A stretch of DNA of 64,000 nucleotides from Pristiophorus japonicus (Eukaryota), in NCBI RefSeq assembly GCF_044704955.1, contig NC_091988.1:160146001-160210000 (forward strand), given 5' to 3'. A program made the position numbers and the translations under genes. Positions 39,401 through 51,400 of the stretch are shown here, in pieces. Numbering within the stretch: the stretch's first letter is position 1; every line of letters starts with the position of its first letter. Below the pieces are notes generated by a model. The model searched no databases and was not told where the DNA came from. It saw only the letters and a list, made by a program, of their open reading frames with translations.

Positions 39401-42400
39401 AAATGTAAATGTTGAGTCCCTAAACATTTAAACTAACTCCAGGAAAATGAAGAAATACTCAGAGGAGCAACCTGTCACTGCCTCAGACATTGCATTGAAC
39501 TGTCTGAGCCTTGCTACTTCTTTCCAGAATCTAGTTGGGCACTAACTCCATATTTATACTGCACTTTTACAGTTGCTGCAAATGGAAGCCATTTCACAGA
39601 AATACTGAAAATACTGTTTTTACTTTGTCAGTATCACAGCACCGTGCATGAATAGAACTCCTCTCCAACTCACAGGAAGTGTACTAATTCCACGCTAGCA
39701 GATGTAACGTAACCTGGATCTAAACGTTCTGATCAGTTACGATCTGAACATCTGACATCGGAGTCTCAAGCTACTCTCAATCTCTTCAGTTGGCAAATGT
39801 TAAGTGTCCAGATCAGATTTTGTACAGGCTAAAATTAGTTCTTTATACTTCAATCATATGCACAAAAGGCAAGAATTGAACAGGGTTAACTAGGTGGTGA
39901 ATTGAGATGTAGCCTTATTGATCCCAGGGAATGCATAAACAATGGCCTAGGTCCAAAACCTGGCCTGTATCTCATTTACCTATTGCCCTGTTTTTATTGC
40001 CCTCTAGTGGCTTCTCTGTCTCCCAATACATTAAATTCAAAATCCTTCACAATTCGCTTCATCATCCTATCTTGCCTTGCCCTCTGCAACCTCCTTCAGC
40101 CAAATTTATCAGCATGTTCTTCTGTCTGTGGCCTCCTTTGTATCCCCCACTTCAAATTCTGTGACAGAGCTACTACTCTCTGGAACGCTCCAATCCCTTC
40201 AGCTTGCAAAATATCTCCCCATCTTCAAAAATGTCGTCTTCCCCACCCTCAAATCTCGATGTTTGATCATGCCTGCAGTCACCTCTTCTATTCCACTACT
40301 CTTGGCGTATGTTTTCATCCATATAATATGCCTTTCCTACATTTTAAAGGTGCTAAATAAAAGCTAATTCTGTTGGTGGACTGTGTTCTTTAATTGTCTA
40401 CATTTCATCACAGGTATACTAGAGAAGCATACTTAGAACTTGTTGAACACGTGCGCAGGATCATCCCAGGTAACTTCACCTTCAGGATTTTATAATAATG
40501 CCTTACTACAATATGTGGTATTATTGAATTTAGAAGTTTGTGCATTCAACTTTTTTAAATTTTGCTTCTCTGAAAGTAGAGAGATCTAGGTATGCATGTT
40601 TTTTTTTAAAAATAAGTTAAGATAGAACTTGTCTGATGGCCACAGGCAGGCTCTTGTGATCTGAAGATTAGTTAGGATACAGTAAATTTTGTTTTAAAGG
40701 TGGTGGTTGAATTTGTGGTCCCTGGAAAGCCAATTGTTTATTATTTGTAGAATGCTATCTGATACGAAGAATTGTTGAGCTTGGATGTCAAAAGCAAATG
40801 AAGCTCCTGATGGCTGTGATCACTGGTCACTTGTTATCTAAAATGTTAGAAATTGTTTAGCTTAATTTCCCAGCCATTGAGAATCCTTCTTATTTCGGGG
40901 GGTTTGCTGGATGTGAGCAATGTTGGCATGATCACATTTATTGGCTTCAGATCAATGGAGGTAGGGGAATTGAGGTGTGGAATACCCAATAGGGTATTGA
41001 AAAATAAATTGAGGGGTGGGGGGGTGGAATTCTGTCGTTGGGTGGGGAGGAGGTTTCTGTAAAAGGGGAAATGAAGTGAGATATGGGTATCATGTGAAGG
41101 CCAGCTGCAGCCAGTGGGAGATTGGGGCAGGAGAGACTTGAGAAGGGGGTGGAATTTGTCAGCCAGTGGGTGTTAGATCAGGAAATGCAGCCACTGGGAT
41201 GGGGAGTGGGGTGGGGTTAGAAAATGTGACCTCAGCAAGAGGAGGGGCTGAAATCTTTTTCCGATGAAGTTGCAGGCACCTAAATTCTTGTTGGGCTGAG
41301 AGCCAATAAATTGACTGCGGGAGGGTCTGAGGGTGAAACAATTCCACAGTGGGGAGGGGGTGCTTGAGGTCTGAGATTTGAATTCGTGAGGTGGGCAGGA
41401 TTAGGGCCAAATTCTGGCTGAGTGACGGTGGGCTATAAAATAGTTCTTTTGTGGGTGGATGTTGGGTCTGACCCCATTGAAGCCAAATGTTCATGTAATG
41501 TTACACTTCTAGCGCCACCTGCAGTTGCAGTACTATTCAAGGCTACATGCTGTTTTTAATTTATTATAGCCGGCTTACTGTATTTATATTTAATTTATAT
41601 TTTCCTGTGAATGTACTTTATAAAAACAGGTGTAAGCTTAAGTAGCGATTTCATTGCTGGATTTTGTGAGGAGACTGAGGATGATCACTTTCAGACCATA
41701 TCTCTTCTTAGACAGGTCCAATACAACGTGGGATATCTTTTTGCCTACAGCATGAGAAAGGTGAGCTACACAGACCATTCAATCTTCCTGATATATTTAG
41801 AAGAGGTGGCAATGGCGGAGCATTGAATTTTGTAATAGCATATCTCCATTACTACCATTCTTTTCATTTGTAAGTTGCTTATTCACCTCTGTTTTAACTT
41901 GGCCTATTCACAAAAAATATAAGTGACTTTAGGATGCATAATTTAGGCACACTTATTTAGATCCTTCACTAGCTGTATTCTATTTCAAAACCAGCTCGCA
42001 AAAATAGACTTCTTCCTAAAATGCCTGAGCTTGCTTGTTCTTTAGCCCCATTCCATTCCTCAGCAGAACATGCCCCCATAATTTGGTATTTACTGATTAA
42101 ACCACCTCATTTAGAAAGTTATAGCATGGGAAAATTAAAAAGTCATGGGCGGCCACTTTTCTGATTTTACAATTCAGGCTGATTGTAAAGCCAAATTACA
42201 GGAAGCTTTAAATTGCAGTTAATTTTACTCTTCCCAAAACGTAGATAATTTTCCATTCCTTCATATTGTGGCCTGTCAAATTTGCAACAAAAAGAAAAAG
42301 TTATTCTGAGGGAAGTAGCTAATGTGATGTATAATTCACTGTATTCTTTACCGTCATCTAAACCCCTCAGTTTGCTGTGGACATCATTGCTGTCAGTGGT

Positions 42401-45400
42401 TAGCCACAGAAGCCTACAATAAAGTACATTGCCTTGTAAAAAGTCATATTGTAATTTTTGTCTTTTCTAGAAGACACACTCATATCATAGACTGCAGGAC
42501 AGTGTTCCTGCAATTGTGAAGCAGCGTCGTTTGGAAGAACTCATCGCTGTGTTCCGAGAGGAGGCAGCTAAACTCAACTCTGAACTTATTGGGACTGAGC
42601 AAGTTGTGCTAGTGGAAGGGGTAAGTAGAAGCAATCTTAAAGATGTTTGAAATGGGAGTGTATTTCTTGGAATAAATTTCATCAGCAAGAAATAGTGAAA
42701 TAGTAACATGATCCAGATCAGAATGCTGTGCCGAAAGTTTAAAACAAAATGTAATTCACATATATATAAACACTTGTGTTTATATGAATTAACAGCGTCA
42801 TGGAGCTTACAAAAATGATGATCTGTCCTCTGACTTTGCGAATACCTCATGTCCCTTTACATCCCTGTGCAAAATATTGGAAAAAATGTCTCGATTGGGA
42901 CGTGTATCCAAAGAACAAGTGAACTAACTGGGGATGGGACAAAAATAACAAGCAAAAGTCTGCAGGTCAATCAGAGAAAAGATGATTAAGGACCATGATT
43001 AAGGAACTGAAACAGAAAATGATAAAAACGATTACAGGTGTGCTATGTTGGTCTCCCTGAACTTCACAATCATTTTGTTTAATTGAAGTATCTTTTCTTT
43101 TTTAGCACACACATCTTTAAGTTAACCAATTTTTTCCTTCAGGATCTCCAGAAAGCAATTCTTCCATTCATCACCACCAACTTCATTTTTGTCCTCCGCC
43201 ACGGTATCTCTCTCAGCCTCTACCCCCTGCGATATTGGTCCTTTTGACAGCTCAGAAAGCTGTTCCTTAACTTTCTTGATTTCTGCCTGTAGCTGGTGGA
43301 CGTTGTTTTGAGTATCTTCATTCACTATGGCCGTATTTTTGATTAACTTAGTTCTACAAGCAAACTGAAGTGTAGAGAGTGTTTCACTAAAACACCTCGA
43401 TCCAAGGTGAACACTTGCAATGATGTAGGTCTTTGCATTTCCTCCAAGCGAGTCCCTCAAAAGGAACGTCAGCTTAGAATCTCTAACAGATGTGTCTGTT
43501 TTTTCCATTAGCCACGTAGATTCCGCAGGTGAGGGAGGATTCCTATAGGGATGCCCGCCTCAACCGCACATATCGTTTCTTTCGGACCCTTACTTCAGGA
43601 TAGGGGTGGCCATACCCTTATCGAGGCATGTGTGGAAGGGCAGTGAGAAATTAACACAGGGTCTGCCGGACAAATGAAGGTTGAGGTGGTCCTAGAGGAA
43701 GGGGATTCCCCTCTTCAGAGACAGTACCCCATCAGTCCAGATGCATCAGGATCAGTTACTGAACAATCAGAGATGAAAGCAGTGGGAGAAGCTTGTTCAA
43801 AAGCATTTAAAGTTTCTGTAGGAATGGGCTGTCTCAGAACTGATGAGATGTTCAGTGAAAAGCTCAAATGTGCGAGTTACAAACATGATCTTAAAGGATG
43901 CGAAATAGAAGTTGGATCGTTGTAAATGTCGATCGTTACAAATTCCGAAGGCTGAACTGAAAGAAGGACTGACTATTCAACATTTCCGTTATCCTTTACT
44001 TTATATTGTTACACTTCTCCCACAAAGCAGAGGAAATTGTTAAAAACTGCAGAGGGCAACAGACTTGGTCGAAGACACCGATTGCGAGTTTACATTTCTG
44101 AATGTAAACATCATGGAATTCAGTCGAAAGCATCAAAAATTGAAAGTTGACTTTTAAGTGAAAATGGATATGGTGATCACAGACCAACGGATTTTAAAAT
44201 GGCATCCTGAGAATCTGCATCTGCAGCAATCCTACTTTGACCCTAATCGTGCTGCTATTTGGAAGAAGGAAATGCCGAAATGGAGTACAAGATTTCAACA
44301 GCTACAGAGTTTGAATCAAGCAATCAAATTAGACATGTAAGCTGGTGGGAGTCATTGTTCGGATGGAGTCCGACGGCAACTAGCGTGACGAACACAATGA
44401 TACACCCTGTCCTTATGCTGGTGCTGTTTCAGTTGATTGTGCTGGTCATTTTGATTTATTGGAGAATGCTGTTGAACGAGCTCAAATGGCCATACAAATG
44501 TTACCCAGATAAGACCTGCAGAAAGGCAAAGAGAATAAGTGGTGGAATGTGGGAGCGCAAGCCTGCATTTCTGATTCCATTTAGAAGTCTTCCAAGGGAC
44601 AGAATCCCTTTCAACGTCCATCAACGTGGTGCTTAAAACCCATAGCATCTTAAGTCAGCAAGTTTCTCCCAACGTCCTTGCACCAATGATGGTACACTCA
44701 TGTGCATTTGAAAACAAAACAGCTAAGCCATACAAGACTCCAATCCTTTCCTGACTTTGCTTGCCTGTCCAGGATGTCTAACTTGTAAGACAAAGTATGG
44801 CCAGACTCATCATTGGCACCTTAGAAAATAGAGTAAGTAATTTCAGAAGTTCATTTTAATTTCAAACAAAAATCAATGTACTTTTATTTCATCCAGAGCC
44901 ACGGTTTAAATTATGCACTTCTCTCTGTTCAGGCATCAAGACACTTTACTTAAGAACAGAGCACATTATCTGTGAAAACTTGTTTCAGCCACTGGGAAAT
45001 GCTGGAGAGGGGGCAAATGTGAATGACACCCTCTTCCCTCTTTCCCTGTTGGAAAGTGCTTGCTCTCTATTTGGCACTGATCCCCCAGATAGTATGGCGA
45101 GATAGGAAACTCGGTGTGTGGTAAATTGGGCAAGTGCATCCATAGCATACCAAGTGCTGCACCACATTTACAATGGTTTCCAGTTTTCACATTGTATGGA
45201 ATAAGGAGTATTAGGACATGCTACAGTCCAAACCTTTTGCTTGTTTCCATTTCTCAGATGAAAGTGAACAATGAATCAGATGAGGTACTAAGTTAGCTCA
45301 TATAATTGCTAAAGTGTGTCTAAACAAGCGGTAGGAGGCCTTTTGTCTGTTGTTGTCCCCCAAGATGACAGCCCGTTAACAGCCTCACATTGTCCACTAA

Positions 45401-45411
45401 TTTACATACCG

Positions 45412-45447
<36 letters not shown>

Positions 45448-48400
45448 TATGTATCTATATCAATAAATACACTCTCTTGGGAATATCAATGTGTCCCACT
45501 GTACTATTCTGATTCGCTAGCCAATGATACTTAGGTGGTTGCAACCAAGCTAGCAGGAGGTAGGGAAAAAAAACAGCCTTTCTACTCCTGATTGCCATCT
45601 GGAAACCTGTGCTGAAAGTCTGTGTGTGTGTGTTCTCGATGATCAAATGTCAGACACCATTCAGGCCACTCGGGCAGGGTACTGGAGGGCTGCTAGTTCT
45701 CAATTATACCCTTGCAGTCATCCTTTTCAGGAGAGATTGTTGGAGGGGAGGGGGGTGCGGGGGCGGGGGAAATATGGGATGGAATCCAACAAAAGCATGG
45801 CACGGTCAGTGAAAGATTTTATCTGCCGCCAGTCCTTGGCACAATACTGAAGTCAGGAATTCAAAGGAACTCTTAGAATTCAAACTCCAACTTGGAGTGC
45901 TGCAGCAGTCTGAAAATGATCACCGAAATGGGGTGATGGAGACTCGCAAGTTATTTTTGAGTGCCTGCTTGGGTATTTTAATTTCATTGTGTACTGCTGA
46001 GAGTCAGCGGCAAGATGTTGCAGTACAATTACCTGGTAGGAATTGTCCAAATTTAAAATTCCCCCCAAACCAACCAATCAAAACAGTTACTGGCCATGTG
46101 CAGAGACATAAAAAGCGAAACCGCAATACTTTGATACTAATTAAAGGATAGTTAAGGACAGTAATCCAGTGGTGACAAAAATATACCACTTTCAAACTGT
46201 TCAGTGGAATAAAGAGACAACCATGCCACAAGCTATAGGCTTCGGGAAAACTTTAGCATTAGGTAATTGAAGTTAGTTTAATATAAAATGAAGCACCTCA
46301 CTGGAGGGTAGCTATGCACAGTGTAAGGATTGCAGCAATTGTGACGTAATCAGTTTGACACCATCAGCTTTGCTCAAGGATCCGATACGATGCTTCAAAT
46401 CCGATTGGCGTTAAGAGGTTAAAAAAGGGCAGAATAGGTTTGATAGCACCTAGTAGAACGTGAAATAGAAAAACCCACACACATCTACACATTATTCCTG
46501 CACGTTTTCATTCTATTCCCTCAGCACACAGTCTGACATATCGAGCAAAGTAAACTTATTCAGGTCATGTTTCTTGAGCTCTTTTTAGCTTGGAGTTCTC
46601 CAATTTCAGCACATTCACTTCCTCTAGGAGTCTAACATGGTCCTTCTTGAGCTTAACCAAATCCTGGATTTTTTTGGTGCAAGTTCTGATGTCCCACCAA
46701 CTTTCCATTCTCCAAGGCTGACCACTTGTTCCCTCAGAGTTTCAACTTTCCAAGTAAGTCTTTCTTTCTCTTCACAAGCAGATTCGAGCGCTGACCAAAA
46801 CACTTCCTTGTCATTGAAAGCTTTGACTTCTAAACTCCTGGTCCGCTCCAGCTCCTCCTGAAACTCTTTCATGGAGCACTGAATTGCTTCCAGCGTTGTG
46901 GTTTTCTCCGTCAAGTCAGCTTCCACATTGGCCAGTGCTGCTTCCTTGGCCTTTAATTCTTCTATTAATTTCTTCTCTGGCTCGTTCGGATGCTGCGACT
47001 CGGTGATAGCATTGCTTTTCTGTGCATCTATATGGCTTTCCAAATTCCGACAGTGTCTCTCCAAAGGATCCGTTTCCAGCCGAAGATTTTTTGATTTGCA
47101 TAAGTGGCTCTTGAGTTGTAGAATTTATTCATTCTTGGCCGTCCTTTCCAAATCCATCTCTGACAACAACATTTCCAAGGTGGCCTGGGAATGCCCTTCG
47201 GTCATACAATTCCCTCTGCTGCAACTCCAGGATTCTGACGGGAAATGCTTGGAAAGTCGAAGGGGTTCTTGGAGTCTGTGGCAGACCAGCAGAAATCTCT
47301 GAAGGATTCAATCTGCCTCAGTTTATTTTGTATTCACAAATTTCAACGTTTTTCCCCTTCAGCTGGTCCTGAAGCTCTTTCACGGTTGTTGCATTTTTCT
47401 CAGCTTCTTCCTGCATCATCGGCAATATCGCTGCCCGTTTCTGGGAGTACTCTGTCAGCTGTTCGAGCTGCTGGGTGGCATTGGTCAGATCTTCACAAAC
47501 CATCTCCATCTGCACATTATAAGAGTTCTCCTTTCTTTCTGCAGCCTCTCTCATCTCCAGGATTTCTTTCTCCTTTCTTTCGATAATGGCTTTGTTTTCC
47601 TCCTTAGCAGCCATAACAGTGCTGTACTTCAACCTGATATCCTCCAATTCCTCGGTCAAGACAGAAATAGCTTCAGTTTTCTGACTACATGAGCTTCTCA
47701 TTTTCTGTATTTGATTCATCAGCACGATTACCACTTCCTTATCGGTGGCATTCTTCTTCTCCAGATCAGTAATAACCCTTTTGGCATCCGCCAGGCTCTG
47801 TTCCAGATTTTTCAGCTCCGTGGCCTGTTGCTCAGACTTCAACAATAGTCCAGAAGACTGCTTCTTTAACAGATCTTTTTCATCCAAAGCCTTCAAAAGC
47901 TCTTTGGAGTTGTTCTCTATGTCCTGTTGAAGTTGTGAGCCAAGTTTTTGGTTTAGTTTCTTTTCAGTTTCTAAAAGCTCCATTAAAGAACTAATTTCAG
48001 TCCATAATGTGTCAGCTTCATCCTTCATTTGTTCCAGATTCTCACACAGCTGATCAATTTCATACGCTTTGAACTCCACAACCTCCTGTCGATTATCGTA
48101 AGCGTCTTGGAGTGGCCGCTTCTCTTCCAATATTTTCTCATGCACCAGCCCGAGTTTATCCAACTGTAACTGGACATTGATGAACTGGTCAGAAAGTTGA
48201 CTGCTCTGCATCTTGTTCAATTTTGTAGGAGCTGCATTCATTCTTTACGGTCGTAAGTTCCTTGTCAGCTGAATGCAGCATAACACATATGGACAGTTCT
48301 AATCCCAATGATGATCCCCTTTTCAATTTCATATCTGTATCAATAACAGAATAACAATGATGCGTCTCGTGTGCAATTCCTGTCTATCACACCATGTCAT

Positions 48401-51400
48401 ACACTCATATCTGTGTCACAATGTGTTTTTAAACAAAGCAAGAAGAAACCAAGGCAGTCATTTTGAATATACAGGTGCAATGTCCTGAATCCAGAACTCC
48501 GAAAACCAGAATTGTCCAAAAACCAGACATTTTTGAGGCAAAACCCAAAATCTGGCATGGATTCAGTTGAATATTTTAGATTTTAGACAAGGAAATCAAG
48601 TCTGAAATCCAAAATCCTCAACCGAATCCGTGCAACGTTTTGGCAAATTTCAGATCTCGCCGCTCAAAACCCGGCACGGATTCAGTTGAGAATTCCGGAT
48701 TTTAGACTTGATTTTCTTGTCTGAAATCCAGAAATCCCCCAAAACCGGAACGGATTCGGTCCCGAGGATTCCGGATTTCGGACTTTGTACCTGTATAATA
48801 AAACCAGTCACAATATTTTTTTAAACAAAGTAAGAAGAAACCAGGACTGTCATTTTGAATATACAAAGAAACACTTCAGAAACAATAAGTATTGGAGCCA
48901 AAACACCATATTTGAACTTTTAAGAACTAATCCTGTGTTTATCAGCAATTAGACTTTTGATGGCTTAAAAGGGGATACAGCTTCACTTTAGCAGCATATA
49001 TTTTCAGCATAATGCTCCTTTGCTTATTAAATAGTGTCATCAGACTTAACATGAACAATGTCAAAGCGATACACTAATATAATACAGAATGTAAAAGCAG
49101 TACGCTGTTGGCACACTATCTGCTACGTGTGTTTGTCTATCCATCTGCAGTGGGAAAAGCACTTAATTATTTCCCAGGAGCCAATCAAAAAATAATATTT
49201 CACAGCCTCTGTATGGAATTCTCTTGCAAACTACTGTTTCCAAATTCAATAATTTCTGATATGCACCCATCCTGTATTCCCACGCTAGTCCTCGTTTCCT
49301 CTCTTTCTCTCTCACAATCCACCTCTCCTCCCCCCCCCCCACCCACCCCCTTTGGAACACTATAACCTAAGTCTGCCTCTCAATACTTCCTGCTGTCCCT
49401 ACTTCCCCATTCTCTTCCAGCATGCGTGTCTAATCCTCTACTTTCTATTTCATTTCCATATCCTCTTTTGAATTCTAAAAAAGTAAGCCTAAAAAGGTAA
49501 GATTAAAAAGTGAGGACATGGGTAATAAAAATATATAATAATAAAAAGTGATGATTTTTATAGAAAAAGCAAAGCACTCAATTTGTTCTCAAAACACTGG
49601 TGATATTTCCAGAATAAAATATGAATGCAATCTGATGTATTTAGTCACTAAGTCAGCACCCCTGATAATACATTGTTCATTCCGTAGCATAATGCCCTTA
49701 TGAAGCAAGGATCCTCCATACACTGCCCAAATTGCCATAGCAGATCTGCTGATAATATAATCAATACAGTTGTGTGCACTTTTTGTTTATCATATTTTGT
49801 TCACTGGTTTAAATTTCATATTCATAAAACAAGAAAAATCAGAACTGAAGAGTAGGGAACGTATGAATCAAAAGTGAGGAAAGCGACTAGAAAACAACCA
49901 GTGAGGAATTACTAAGGATGTGTGAAAACTGTCTATCCTAAATGGCCAGTCAGGAAAACATACTGATAAAAGTAAGAAGCAGCAAGCCAATGAAATTAAT
50001 CCAAAGAATTTGGTTTTAACCGACATCTCAAATCTTCTTCCAGCATAACATTTACCGGTAAAAGTTATGTTTAACACAAACTCACTTTAAAAAGATTTTT
50101 TATTTTTTTAAGTTCAGCAACACTAAATAAAATGGTTAATAATAATAATAATCATCATCGTCATCATCATCATCGCAGTCCCTCGGAATCGAGGAAGACT
50201 TGCTTCCACTCCTGAAGTGAGTTCTTTGGTGGCTGAACAGTCCAATACGAGGGCCACAGACTCTGTCACAGGTGGGAGAGACAGTTGAGGGAAGGGGTGG
50301 GTGGGACTGGTTTGCCGCATGCTCCTTCTGCCTGCGCTTGACCTCTGCACGCTCTCGGCATTGAGGCTCGAAGTGCTCAACGCACTCCCGGATGCACTTT
50401 CTCCACTTAGGGCGGTCTTTGGCCAGGGACTCCCAGGTGTCAGTGGTGATGTCTCACTTTATCAGGGAAGCTTTGAGGGTGTCCTTGTAACGTTTCCGCT
50501 GCCCACCTTTGGCTCGTTTGCCGTGAAGGAGTTCCGAGTAAAACACTTGCTTTGAGAGTCTCGTGTCTGGCATGCGAACTATGTGGCCTGCCCAGCGTAA
50601 CTGATCAAGTGCAGTCAGTGCTTCAATGCTGGGGATGTTAGTCTGAACGAGGACACTGATGTTGGTGCGCCTGTCTTTCCAGGGGATTTGTAGGATCATG
50701 CGGATTCATGGAGTTGCACCATGAGAAAACATTTTATCCTGAGGCTCAATTTGGAGCAGTGATTGGAGTTTTAGTTGGACTTTGCTGTCGTCGTTGTGGG
50801 AGCGCAAGTCTGCATTTCTGAAATGCTTTGCTTCGGCCGCAGTCTGGAGAAATCAAAAGGGTTAAAAGTTGGAAGATTCAAGATTGGATTAAAACAGGCT
50901 GCTAGACGATATGGGGTCATATATCTTGAGTATTTGAGTGTAACTTGTTAGTATGCGAATAATCATTTGATGACATCGTCTGTACGTTAAACGATCTGGT
51001 TCGTGTATAGTAATTCAGAAAGCTGTTAGCCGTGATTTCAGGACAATGCCATTTTGATTCTACATCATCTGCATGTTAATTGTCTAAATGTACTATGCAA
51101 AGAAATAAGCGTTTAAAGGCTTTTTTGGTATAAAGATGAGAGTTTGACACTAGACACTGGAATCTTGGAAGGTGTGTGTCACAAGCAACCATGGAAATTG
51201 GAAGAGCTGCCTTTGTGACGTGTCTCAGTAACTTTCATTTAGTATGAATGTCTGAATAAAAGACCTGATCCTGCATTTACTACAACTTTGTGTGTGTGTG
51301 TAATTCGACGTTTAAAGCAACGAAGTGAAAAGAGCACGACAGCCGTACAAGAGCAATCACATTCAACATATTTTCAGTTATGCAGTTGTTCTTCCATCTA

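Noticed and set aside
47318-48241. 307-aa coiled-coil ORF as a functional nested gene
   Set aside because: It is a frameshift-bounded piece of a KIF15 retrocopy. Its ATG lies in a shifted frame and neighbouring parts carry several frameshifts.
48415-48865. 58-bp direct repeats around the MITE as LTRs or a long TSD
   Set aside because: Better explained as an older short tandem duplication into which a TA-targeting MITE inserted.
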